This document shows, piece after piece, positions 12,573-24,985 of a stretch of DNA of 64,000 bases. The notes below the pieces were generated by a model, which was given only the letters and a program-made list of their open reading frames with translations, did not search any database and was not told the DNA's origin. Position 1 is the stretch's first letter. Every line of letters begins with the position of its first letter. A program made the position numbers and the translations under genes. The stretch comes from Okamejei kenojei. Lineage: Eukaryota. The DNA lies in contig CM069160.1 of the NCBI GenBank assembly GCA_035221665.1, positions 3,472,001-3,536,000 on the forward strand. The letters are read 5' to 3'.

Positions 12573-14520
12573 CAATAGACAATAGACAATGGACGCAGAA
12601 TTAGGCCATTCGACCCTTCGAGCCAGCACCGCCATTCAATGTGATCATGGCTGATCACCCCAATCAGTACCGCCTTCCTGCCTTCTCACCATATCCGCTA
12701 TCTTTAAGAGCCCGATCTCAAAGTCAAACTCAAAGCCAATTTTCTTTGTCACATGCACCCGAAGGTGCAGAGAAATTAATTTGCCAGCAGCGATAAACTT
12801 AAATATAACATACAATACACAATACGATTTAACACAAACATCTAGCTCTCTCTTGAAAGTATGCAAAACACCGGCCTCCACCGCCCACTCAGGCAAATAA
12901 TTTCACAGACTCACAAATGTGTATTAAAAGCGTTTCCTCATCTTCGTTATAAATGGCTGTCCCCTTATTTTTAAACAGTGCTCTGTTTCTCGACTCCCCC
13001 AATATAGGGAACATGTTTCCTGCCTCTACCGTGTCCAAACCTTTAATAATCTTATAGTTTCAATAAGATCTCCTCTCATCCTTCTAATTTCCAGAGTATA
13101 CAAGCCCAGCCGCTCTATTCTCTCAGCATATGAGTGTCCCCCCATGCCGGGATTTAACCTTGTAAACCTACGCTGCAAGCTCAATACCAAGACTGTCCTT
13201 CATCAAATTAGGGGACCAAAACTGCACACAATACTCCAGGTGTGGTCTCACTAGGGCCATGTAGAACTGCAGAAGGACCTCTTTGGTCCTGCACTCAACT
13301 ACCAAATATCACCAATGCGTCCACCTTTTCTAGAGCAACTTCCTTTTGAACCCTGCGATGCAGACCATCGGGCCTTGGGGATTTATCAGCCCTCAGTCCC
13401 ATCCGTCTACCGAACAGAATTTCCTGCCTAAAGTGGATTTCCTTCGGTTTTTCCGTCACCGCAGATCCCCTGGTCACTAGTACACAGTCGCCCCTTACGG
13501 CCTTGAAATCATTCTTCCTCTGATCGTTCACCGTCTGCATTATTTCCAGAAATACTTTTCATTGTTGTTCCACTGTCATCCCTACTAGGGCATATTTCCA
13601 GTCAACTTTGGCGAGCTCCTCCCTCATGGCTCCATCTTCCCCTTTATTCAACTGAAACACTGACACCTCCAATCTACCCTTCTCCCTCTCCAATTGTAGA
13701 TTATACCTGACCATGTTATGGGCACCGCCTCCTAATGGCTCCTTAACTCAAGTTCCTTTGTCCAATCCGGATTATTACATAACACTAAATCCAGAATTGC
13801 CTTCTCCCCGGTAGGCTCCAATACCAGGTGCTCTAAGAATCCATCACGGAGGCACTTTCTTGGGGTAAGGTACCAACCTGGATTTCCCCGTCGTCCTGCA
13901 TGTTCAAATCTCCCATAACAACCGTAGATTTACCTTTATTACTTGCCAATTGTAACTCCTTTTTCAACATGCACCCTATGTCCAGGCTGCTGTTTGGGGG
14001 CCTGTAGTTAAGTCCCATTAGGGTATTTTTACCCTTACAATTCCTTAGTTCTATCCACACTGACTCCACATCTCCTGTTTCAATGTCACCCCTTGCAAGG
14101 GATTGAATTTCATTCCTCACCAACAGAGCTACCCCACCCCCTCTGCGCACCTGCCTATCTTTTCGATAGAAGGTATACCCTTGAATATTCAGTTCCCAAC
14201 CCTGGCCCTCTTGCAGCCATGTCTCAGGAATACCCACGACATCATACTTGCCAATTTCTTACTGCGTCTCAAGCTCGTCCACATTAATTCTTATAATTCG
14301 CGCATTCATATACAGCACTGTGACTTGGTATTAACCTTCCCTCTCGCACCGCTCGCAATTGACACTGACCTTACTCTCTTCTCCCTTCTCGAATTTTACT
14401 TCCCATTAATTCTGGAGTCTTTTGCAACTTTTCCTGTACTCACTTTCCGTTCACCTCCATATTTATACTCCCAATCTGTCAATCCCTCCCCCACACTATT
14501 TAGTTTAAACCCACACGTGT
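12573..14520 (-). mobile_element. CR1 LINE, internally deleted (APE endonuclease plus RT pieces); small Rex-type 3' end inserted at ~12720-12840
   Basis: ORF 13833..14237 APE motifs (ETWL, DR..GGGVALLV, YRPP, MGDLN); KSPRPDGLH; (CAATAGA)n tail at 12573-12590. Confidence 0.9.
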
Positions 14521-15108
14521 AGCCCCAGCAAATCTGCATGCCAGGACGCCGGTCCCCCTCCAGGTATTTGGGTTAGGTACGATAAGACCATTTATGGAAA
14601 ACATTTGGAAAACATAGGTCCTTCAGCCCAACTCATCCATAATATCCCAAATCGATCCTGATCTCGGTTGCTGTCCATGTCGGTCCCTCGTTCTCCCAGT
14701 GGTCCCGTCTGATTGTGTCCACATTCTACAGTACGCTTGTTGGATGGTGAATCGGCGGCTGAATGTAGGTGGTGGGCCAAAGGGTGGGATTTTTATAGGT
14801 AGGTGAAATCGAATAGGCTGCAGGAAATTGGACTTGGGAGAATGGGAATGATAAGTTGTAGATTATTTTCAGATTTCAAAAGCATGTATACAAGTGCTTG
14901 AATTGCCAAGGCAATGAAAAATACGGACTCAATTCGGGGAAATTGGATTGGTGTAGATAAGTACAGTGGCCAGCATGGGCATGGTCCGCCAAATGGCTTA
15001 TTTCTGTGTTCCGTGACGCACGGTTGATTGGCTAACCATCACCTCCCATGCCGTGAGGAAATTACTATACAATGACATTAAATAACGATCGTCACCTTCA
15101 TTTCACAG

Positions 15109-15342
15109 GAACAGTCGCACAATATTCAGTCCAAGACCACATCCCAGTTTGCTGAACTTCACCAGATGCTCAGTGAGAAAGACGTGCGAGTACTGGCAGA
15201 TATCGGGGAAGAAGAGCAGTTAATTCTGAATACAATGCACAAAAATCTTCAAGAGATTCAAGGGAATATCAATTCCATTCAGGAGGAACTATTAAAGCTA
15301 CAGGAACAGATGGATCATAAAGACAGTGTGATATTTCTTAAT
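15109..15342 (+). pseudogene. Isolated TRIM-family (nuclear factor 7/A33-like) coiled-coil exon
   Basis: 234-nt open phase 0-0 exon between TTTCACAG acceptor and GTGAGC donor: EQSHNIQSKTTSQFAELHQMLSEKD..EEEQLILNTMHKNLQEIQGNINSIQEELLKLQEQMDHKDSVIFLN. No other TRIM exon recognised. Confidence 0.7.
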
Positions 15343-15864
15343 GTGAGCGGTTACACTCTATTTTGGCGAAGTCAATATGCGGACACGAAATGGTGGGTGA
15401 CATTTCTGAAATAAAAGTCGCATTTACCAGTTATTCACAACTGGGAAAATGTTCCTCCTGCCCAGCTCGGTGTTGCCGTTGCTCCCAAACTACCCGACCT
15501 CCCGCACAATTTCACGATCTCAGCACTGCCTGCCAACTCCTTGGGAAACCGTCTCTGTGAACTTGTCGACCAGGTTTGTTTTATCTTTCCAGCCTTTTCC
15601 TTCTCTCTGACAGGTACATTCTAGTATTGGGACTGAATGATTTACTCTTGATGTTAACGACCAGAAGGAAGGGACAGAGTCTGGGGCAAGTTTGCTTGGG
15701 ATCACCGTGGTTCTGCAATAAACGGAATGAGTATTCAAATATCTGTCAATGTGGTAAAGTGGGGAATTGTGCACTTCAGTGAAATGGAAACAGACAGCAA
15801 AATGAGTGAAATGCAGATGGGTCCAGGTGTTTATGTGCATTAGCCAAAAGGGGTAGGCAGGCGG

Positions 15865-16165
15865 GGAGTCACGGTGACGCAGCGGTAGAGTTGCTGCACT
15901 TACAGTGCATACAGCGCCAGAGACTCGGGTTCGATCCTGACTACGGGTGCTGCCTGTACAGAGTTTGATGTTCTCCCCGTGCGTTTCTCCGAGATCTTCG
16001 GTTATCCAGATGTTGACTTGGTGTAAATGTACAATTGTCCTTCGTGTGTTTAGGATTGTGTTTCATCTGCGGAGATTTCTAGTCGGTGCGAACTCGGTGG
16101 GCCGGAGGGCCAGTTCTAAAATTAAAAATCACTTTTCAGTCTATCTCTAAATTCTATCTCTAAAA
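15865..16165 (+). mobile_element. tRNA-derived SINE (HE1/V-SINE-like)
   Basis: A box TGACGCAGCGG, B box GGTTCGATCC, V-like central domain, CTCTAAA tail. Confidence 0.8.
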
Positions 16166-16979
16166 CCAAAAACAAATTAAAAGGTGCAGTGAGCAGTTTA
16201 GAGAAGAAATGGCACGTGTAGTTTTATTGTAAAGTGGTTGAAGTTTAGAAACAAGGAAGCTTGGTCACAATTGTACAGTTGATGAGGCCACAACCAGAGC
16301 ATAGATTTGATATAATAGCAATGGAGGCACCACACAAGTGAATCGCCAATTTTGGGATTGGGATGAAAGCGTTCTTGAATCAGGAGAGGATAAACATGTT
16401 ATGTTTAGAAGAGTGAGGTGTGATCCTCTATCTGATCCCATGGTCCACGACTGGACAGAGGGCAGTGAATCTCTGGGAATGTCTAACCAAGAGAAATTGA
16501 GAGGTTTAACCCGTTAGAAGAATTTAAATATAAAGGGAGATACGTGTTTGAAAGTTGAAGGAGTTGAAATCAAAGGGAATGTGGCCAAATGAAGGAGTTC
16601 AGTCCAGGACTAGATCAGCCATAACCACATTGTAGGAATTAACATTGAAATGTAGAACGTGACAAACATATCAGATTTAACATCTATATCCGGTTCCCAT
16701 CAGGAGTGAGTGGTCACCTTGGGAGGGGGGGGGGGGGGGGGGATTTGCTCTGTTTGTTTTCTCCATCTGTGTTCACCATAGAATTGCATCCGTTTCTATA
16801 TCATGGACAAGCCATTCCGTCCATCGTCTCCGGTCAATGGTTCTATTCCACTCAGCATCCCTCTTATCTACTCACTACACCCGCCAACAATGCCCCGAAT
16901 TCGAGGAAGCCTCATGTGCTTATCCTGCTTCCCCTTAAATGTATCTGCAACATTGGCTTCAGCTGCCCCCTGAGATATA

Positions 16980-17572
16980 CAGATGGATAAATAGATAGAT
17001 GGATGGTTGAATGGATGGATGGATGGATGGACGGACGGACAGACGGACAGACAGACAGACAGATAGATACAGAGAGATAGTTAGACAGACATAACAGGTC
17101 AGATAGATAGATAGATAGTTAGACAGACAAAAACAGTCAGATAAGANNNNNNNNNNNNNNNNNNNNNNNNNNNNNNNNNNNNNNNNNNNNNNNNNNNNNN
17201 NNNNNNNNNNNNNNNNNNNNNNNNNNNNNNNNNNNNNNNNNNNNNNNNNNNNNNNNNNNNNNNNNNNNNNNNNNNNNNNNNNNNNNNNNNNNNNNNNNNN
17301 NNNNNNNNNNNNNNNNNNNNNNNNNNNNNNNNNNNNNNNNNNNNNNNNNNNNNNNNNNNNNNNNNNNNNNNNNNNNNNNNNNNNNNNNNNNNNNNNNNNN
17401 NNNNNNNNNNNNNNNNNNNNNNNNNNNNNNNNNNNNNNNNNNNNNNNNNNNNNNNAGATAGAGAAGGACAGACAGACAGACAGACAACAGACAGACAGAC
17501 AGACAACAGACAGACAGACAGACAGACAGACAGATAGACAGATAGACAGACAGAAAGACAGACAGACAGACT
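16980..17572. repeat. (GATA/GGAT/GACA)n tetranucleotide repeat spanning N gap 17147-17455
   Basis: Direct reading. Confidence 0.95.
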
Positions 17573-18849
17573 AGAAGAATAGCTTTTTGATAATGTCATC
17601 ACTGTACGTTACTCAATCTAAACGCTGCATGACGCAAAAATATAAAGTAGATATTGTGAAGTCTTTAGAAATAAATTGTTCTATAATTAGGCGGAAGAAG
17701 TGCCCCGGCCTTAACACCTCGTCTGTCCCTGTCCCATCCGTGGATGCTGACTGACTCGTAATTTACGCGCACTTTGATTTTACTCATGTTTCTATAAATG
17801 TTCACTTCCGTGGGTTTCGCCGCGTCTTGTTGGATAAAGCCTACAGTGGACGGAGAACGATTGACAAGAAATGACAGTTCGGAGCGGATTTACTGCATTT
17901 TCGAACAAAGGAGACTGATGCGGAGATATAACTGAAGTCATTAAAATTCAGGAACTGGTTCGAAAATGGTAAAGTGGAATTAATTATTTCCTCTCACAAA
18001 CAAAACAATGGTCGGCTTAGCCCTATAAACTTTAGAAGAAACTTCAAACGTTTTGCTTTTTCAAATCGACCATTAAATGGATGTGCGTCCGCAGACGGCA
18101 GACTGACGTAGATGGAAAATCACGGCTATAATGTGGTCATCATCTTCGTATCGGGAAGGAATATTAAAGTCAATGAAGCAGAAGATTCCTCCATCGTGAC
18201 AATAATACGAATCGATCATACCTCATTTGCTGATGTATTTATTTGAGAAGGGCAGCCCTTTCAATTCAAATTAACTAACACCATATGTTAAACCTGCGGT
18301 CTACCGAGGTGGTCCATCATTTAGATAACCTTCATAAAAAGGCTCATCTCCTGGTGAAACTCATAGCTGTGTATATCCGAAATCTAAATTAAACTAATTC
18401 AAACCATAGGGTCATACAGCGTGAAAACAGGCCCATCGCCCAACTTGTCGCTCCAAATAACATGCCCCATCTACGCGCGTCCATATACCACAAACCCTAT
18501 CCTTTCAATTACCTTCTTTCATTATTTCTAAAGAGTGAACCAGAAGCATATATTTGTCGATTTGTGACAGTTATTACGACGGGGCGAACATAAATACAAG
18601 GTTCGATTTGTATCTTTTGCTCGACTCATAATTTCACATTATGGAGAAAGAAAATGTAAGATTAAAGACTTACTATACTACATGAGAATCGTGCGAAACG
18701 TGCGAAGGTATTTTTCCCTCTGAGGAATAGAATAAAAATAGCTGTTTTTCGGCAACGTTTTCAAGCAGGCGCTGCTGAAGGTATCATTCTGAACACCTGC
18801 ATCAGCAAAATAATGAAACGGCTCTGACCTCATTTACAAGGGCTCAAAT

Positions 18850-18857
18850 TATATAAA
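18850..18857 (+). promoter_or_regulatory. Putative TATA box of GPCR locus A2
   Basis: TATATAAA ~70 bp upstream of ATG 18923. Confidence 0.45.
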
Positions 18858-18922
18858 TTGTGTTCATTGCCAAGATCTCATCATATGTCATCAATATAGT
18901 AAAGTTTTCAACAGTAAACGAA

Positions 18923-18993
18923 ATGGACAACCTATAATCGCAACAGATTGAGAACAGTTTACTACCCATTCTCGCACTGATTGGCATTTCCAG
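18923..18993 (+). CDS. GPR139-like: GPR139-like GPCR locus A2, exon 1 (indel-damaged)
   Basis: M..QPII..QIEN.YYPILALIGI-P then G|GATAAGT (apparent GTAAGT donor with a 1-nt insertion). Confidence 0.65.
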
Positions 18994-19569
18994 GATAAGT
19001 TATATCTGATGTTCGTATGACTCGTGTTTGTTTTACCAAAGAAAATCAAAGGCAAACATAGTACTTACCGTCTAGGACAAAAAAACCTCGCGGAGGTTTG
19101 CAATGCAAGTGAAACGATCAGAAGATTGAAACACTAGAATATAGATTTGAAGTGCAGAAGAACTTGCAGTTGTTGAAACCGAAGATACACACAAAAAGCT
19201 GGTGTTATTCCGCGGGTTATGATGTTGCCTGACTCGCTGATTATCCAGCGTGTGTCTATGACAGCGTGAAGTTCCATTGTAATATAACGTTTCAAGAATG
19301 CACGAAGAAGAAAATGTGATCACTTCATGAGCATGTTTTACAAGAGTTGCGATGCTTTTCTTCATCATATCATCTCCAGCACGGTCCAATGTAGGCAAAA
19401 CGGATATACACATATTGGAGATCGGTGTTTTATTAAGGAAAATAAGTTAATGCAGAAACTAGAATACAATTCAGACATGATGATTGAAAACGTGTCAGCT
19501 ACAAATGACCAACATGGTGAAACTCTGTTCTTATCATGAAAGTCATAAGTTTATGGATATTGAAGTAGA

Positions 19570-20600
19570 AGTAGTCCAACGCCCATCATCTCCTTCTAAA
19601 CTCCACCGAGTACAGAGGCCCAGTGCCGACAAATGCTCCTCGTTCTTAACCTCTCATTCATGGATCATTCTTATAAACCTCCTCTGGACCCACTCCTGAG
19701 CCAGACAACAATCCTTCCCCAATATAGTGCCCAAAACTTCTCACAATATTCCAAATGTGACCTCATCGCGCCTTACTTTATTTACTACCGATTCCAGACT
19801 TGCAGATTGAATCTTTGATAGCCTGCACCAGCACTCCCCGTGTCCCCTTTGCACCTCCGATTTTTGATCACCCCCATTCAGACAATAGTCCTATGTCTTT
19901 AATCCTACTACCAAAAAGCACGAAGCGACAGATTTGGCTAACACTTTTTACGCATCTGCTACTTCTCTGCCCATTCTCTTGCTCGCAACTGTCCAAGTCT
20001 TTTCTGTAGCGTCCATGCTTTACCAACACGACCGGCCCTTCCACCCATCTTTCATATCATCCCCAAATGTGGCCACAAAGCCTTCAATCTCCTCGTCTAA
20101 TCATTAATATACAACATAAGAGCAAGTGGGTCCTAAACAGACACGCTGCTGAAACTCCCGCTGGGCACTGGTAGCCAACGTGAAAAAGCCGTCCTTTATT
20201 GCCAACTTTGTCTTCTGTCATCCAGCCATCCATGCTAGTAATTGTCCGTTGAGACCGTGGAGCTCTCATCTTCTTATAGCCTCCACGAGTGCACCATATC
20301 AAAGGCTTCTAAAATCTATGTTAACACCATCTACTGACTCTCCTTTGCAGTCCCTACTTTCTACATCTTCAAATAATTACCAGCAAATTGTGAAGCAAGA
20401 CTCTCCTCTTTCACAAAGCCATACTGACATCGGCCTATTTTATCGTGACTTGGCCACAAAGGACTCGCCAACTCATCATTTAATTAAATGGATTCAAATC
20501 TAACCAAGCACCACGAAGGGTTAGTCTAAACCAGCCTTTTGTTCCCACTATTTTGCTCCATCGCGCTCTTCACGTGCAGCGGGGTATATAGGACATTTTC
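19570..20600 (-). mobile_element. Degraded CR1 RT fragment within the A2 intron
   Basis: Reverse-strand remnants of RT region (GAAGGCTTTGTGGCC..GATGAT, TTTAGAAGCCTTTGAT). Confidence 0.65.
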
Positions 20601-21439
20601 CAATCATTGAGAAATTTCGAATTAATTGAAATCTCCCATGAACACCATAGCATTGCTTTTTTTTTTTTATTTCTATATTCATCCATGCAAGAACACGAAA
20701 TATCTTTCGACAAAATGGTTAATTCCTCGGTTTATTACGTTTGTAAATAGACCATTGCGCGATCTCCAATGTCTTGCTGATTCTTCTGGCATTTTTCATT
20801 CGGAGAATAATTTTTGAAGCACAGAACACTGGAACAGTCCAGCACATGAACTGACAATGTCGGTGCAGAACATGAGAAGATAAATTAACCTAATTTGCCT
20901 GCAAATGATCCATTCCCTGCATTAAAACACGTGCCTATCTAAAACCCTCTTCAACGTCAATTATTGCATCCGCCCACCGCCACATGACAATGGCAGCGCA
21001 TTCCAGGCACCAACCACCCTCACTCTCAAACGTTTCCCCTTTCATTTTAAAGTCATTATCTTTCGCCTTTCCTGCAACGGGGGAGAAAAAAAGTTTTCGA
21101 CCTGCCTACCATATCTATAAATCTCAAAATGTTATATACTTCTATCAGAACCAAGCTCTACCTATGTCCTTCCAGACAAAACAATCCAAGTTCTGTGCAA
21201 ACAATACTTACAGCGAATACCCACTAATCCAGTCATAATGCTGGCAGATGATGTTCCATTGACACAAACAACGCCCTCAAATTAACGTTAATGGAAATGC
21301 AAAGCATGATTTTCACATCCCGTCCAAGATCATAAACCCAATGTAATATCTATCCATGTTTTTTTTATTATTGCATTGAAATCAAGAGGGGAAAAATATG
21401 CCACATGTCTAAATTCCACTAATGGCATTCCACATGTCC

Positions 21440-21472
<33 letters not shown>

Positions 21473-21618
21473 TCCATTCCTTCCACAGATGACGCCTGAT
21501 CCGCCGAGTTACTCCAACGCGTTGTGTTCTATTTATGAAATATTTTGAGTCAAGCGCCAAGTAACATTTTGTCCAAAGCGGTTAATCTCTGTGACAGCAC
21601 ATCTTTCTATTCATGCAG

Positions 21619-22560
21619 GTAATCTTATGGCGATTGTGATTCTACTATCACGGTGGGAAACTGTGGTCTTTCCAAATGCATCACACGTTACATGGTTGGC
21701 CATGGCTGTTGCAAGACCTATGGTGATAATATTTGATGTAGTATTATATGAGATTAATGATATGAATTTTCCGCTTTCCTTCTTGCATTATACTCCCGTT
21801 TGCAGCCTCAGAATTGCCCTGGTGTTCGTAGCACATTGATTGTTTCGGTCTGGCTAACCGTTGCCTTTCACATTTGATCGATACATCGCCATTTGTTGTC
21901 AGAAGCTGAGAGCAAAATACTGCACCGAAAGAACTGCGCTATTGTAATAGTGATTGTGTTTGGATTAAGCTTTGTGCAGAATATCCCTATTTTCTTTGAA
22001 AACGAGCATCTGCTGATTATTGACAATGTGCCATGGTTCTGCAAAGTGAAGGCAAGCCTCTCCAATTTACCCCCCCCCCAATATGGGTTGCATATTTCTT
22101 CTTCGACATTACATTAACACCGTTTGTACCTTTCCTTTTGATTGTGCTGCTTAATGCCCTGACCACGAGACATATTTTACAGGCTAGTCGGATAAGGAAG
22201 GGACTCCGGGGGGCCGGGAAAAGCGAGGATTGCACTGATCCGGAGATTGTAAACCGCAGAAAATCGATCATTTTACTGCTCTCCATCTCAAGCTGTTTCA
22301 TACTGCTATGGATGGTAAATTTGTACATTACATATGCACACAATTTGCAGGCGTTGAGTTCTGCTCACCAGATTACAACGATCCTTTTCGCCATTATGGA
22401 GCACACTGGGATATATGCTGCAGTGGCTGAGTTCGTGCACAAAACATTTATTTATTGCAGTGGCTCAGGCAAAGTTCAGAGAATCATTGACGAATCGCTG
22501 GAATATCCTTTTACTTTACTGAATAAGATTAGTTCTAACCTCGGACCAAAGATCACGTAG
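21619..22560 (+). CDS. GPR139-like: GPR139-like GPCR locus A2, exon 2 (frameshifted as assembled; pseudogene or assembly errors)
   Basis: Acceptor ATGCAG. Fragments NLMAIVIL, CGLSKCITRY, VIIFDVVLYEINDMNFPLSFLHYTPVCSL, VWLTVAF-TFDRYIAICCQKLRAKYCTERT, IIDNVPWFC, LTPFVPFLLIVLLNALT, RRKSIILLLSISSCFILLW, TFIY. Confidence 0.9.
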
Positions 22561-24337
22561 CGTTTTTTCAATAATCCATTATCTAAATCCATTTACCTGT
22601 TGTCGCCCAATAAAAAAATGTTTGAACAGAGCATAGATGGCATGCCCACGAAAACATCTCTGAAATGTTTATCAACTAACCTAAAAGAAGCCAAGTCTTC
22701 ATATCTTCCTAAAATGGACCGCATTGCAAAAACACAATTAGTCCATTTCTGTCCATCATGACTACTCTTCCGTTCAATTATGGCAGATCTATCTACCATT
22801 CTTTACACATTCTCCTGCCTCCCCCCCTTAACTACTGACACCCGTACTAATCAAGAATCTATCTACCTCCACCTGAAAAAATATCCATCGAATTGGCCTC
22901 CACAGCCTTCTGTGGCACCCAATTCCACATAATCACCACCCTCCAACTGTTCTTAGGTTGTGGCCTCTTGTCATAGACTTTCCTAGTAGTGGAAACATTC
23001 CCCCGACATACATTATATCCAGGCCTTTCTTTACTCAATATGTCTTCCAAATGGAGGCACCAGGTTGCAGAAGCTTGAATCTTGAGCAACAAAAACACAT
23101 TTCTGAAGGAAGCCAAGGGTCTCTACGCGAAACGTCATCTGTCCCACCCACCACAGATGCTGCCTGATCCACAGAGTTCCTCCGATAGATTGTTATTTGT
23201 TCATATCTTGTAAATGCCATTCGTCATGCTCAATGCGACGTCTCAATGAAACAGTTTTTAATATTGTCAATTACTATCGTATTTCTTTGTGATATCACCA
23301 AATGGAAATATTATCATCCTGAGGTAGCACATAAACTCCCTAAAATGCACGAAACTTCTCACCACACAGCTCCCTCTCTCAGTCCCATTATGAATTCATG
23401 CATCGCATTCCTATATCAGCTTCATGCAACCGCGGGGAAAATCTTCTTTGATAAAAGCCTTTTATTCACCGTTGCAAATCGCCGTGCCCGTCTACTTTAG
23501 GCAATGTACACTTGCACATTTATCAAAAAGCTGTAACACTATAGTCTGCACGCTGGTATATGTGTTATCTTTACACTACTTATGTATGGCTTAATTGTAT
23601 TCACCCATTGTATGATGTGGCTGAATACCACGCAAAGGGTTTTTCACTGAATCTGGTTACCCGTGTCAATAATAAACCATAGGTTGTATCAATCGATTGC
23701 AGCACCTAGTGTTTAGTTTAAGCAGATAGCAAGGTTTTATTAAATGTTCCTTTTTGCCTTTGACTACGTGGTGAAGAGTTATCCTTTTATACACCGCTAA
23801 AGACCTCCATGCGCTAGTACAATATTCTGTCGGCGTGGGAAGTTTCGGCATTTGCAATACTGAGGATCAGCAACATATTTCCAAATCAGAATGGCTGTCA
23901 TTTTGGATCTTGATCTGCAGGTGCTATTTTTACACTGTAGATTCCTAAGGGAGAATAGCACTCATTGCCCGCTTGTAAAGCGAAAGGGTGTTGATTCCAC
24001 CGTCCAGAGGAAAATTATTATAATCTTCCATTCAGTGGCCAAAAGTAATACTTGTCCAAATGAGTCTTTTCTTCCCAGGACATCAACACTTGCAAGCACT
24101 TGCAGTTTCCAAGTTCGGACGAGTCCCACTGTCTGGTCAAAATTATGGTGATTCAATTATTATTTGAACAGAGACTGATGGCGGGGGAGTTAGCTTGGCA
24201 ATGTTATTGAATGTTACATCTTGCCTAATACTACACCTACAAATAACATTGCTGTCATTCACAGATTTCTTAAACATGGAAGTCATATCTATACTAAAAA
24301 CATTGATTTAAATCAGAAAATACAAACAAAAATTAAG

Positions 24338-24550
24338 GGCCGTTTCGCAGCAGTCGAAGGGATGCCTCGCAGCGTCAGAGACCCGGGTTTGATCCGGACT
24401 ACGGGTGCTGCCTGTGTGAAGGTCGTACGTTCACACTGACCGCGTGGCTTTTCTCCGGGCGCTGGTCTCCGCCCACATTCCAAACTCGTGCAGGTTTATT
24501 GGTTAATTGTCCCCTGTAAAATGGCCATAGTAAGATGTGTAAGGTGCCAA
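24338..24550 (+). mobile_element. HE1/V-SINE-like SINE, degraded
   Basis: AGAGACCCGGGTTTGATCCGGACTACGGGTGCTG matches the copy at 15865. Confidence 0.7.
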
Positions 24551-24559
24551 AGTAGGATT

Positions 24560-24985
24560 GAGTCATCGAATCACACTGCGTTGAAACAGGCTTTTCGACA
24601 CAGCATGCCCCATCTACATTAGTCCCAACTCCCCACGCTTGGCTCATAACCCTCTAAACCTACCCTATGTATGTGCCTGTCCAATTGTCTGTTAATTGTT
24701 ATGATAGTACCCGTCTCAACCTCCTCCTCAGGCTGCTCGTTCCATATACCCACCACTCTTTGTGTAAATTTGTTATCTCCCAGGTTCCTATTTAATCTCC
24801 ACACTCACCCCCTCTCACCGTAAACCAATATACTCTGGTTCTCTAGTCGCCTATGGTGGGCAAAAACCTATGCGCATTTACCCGATTGATTGCTCTCATA
24901 ATTTTGTAAACCTCTTCTAGATCATCCAAACCTCCTGCACTCTAAGGAATGAAATCAGAGCCCTCTCAACCTCACCCTCCCTGAA
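24560..24985 (-). mobile_element. CR1 3' fragment
   Basis: ORF 24619..24804 FTQRVVGIWNEQPEEEVE. Confidence 0.75.

Noticed and set aside
15865-15945. tRNA-like sequence with A and B boxes
   Set aside because: It is a SINE head continuing into a SINE body, not a cloverleaf tRNA.
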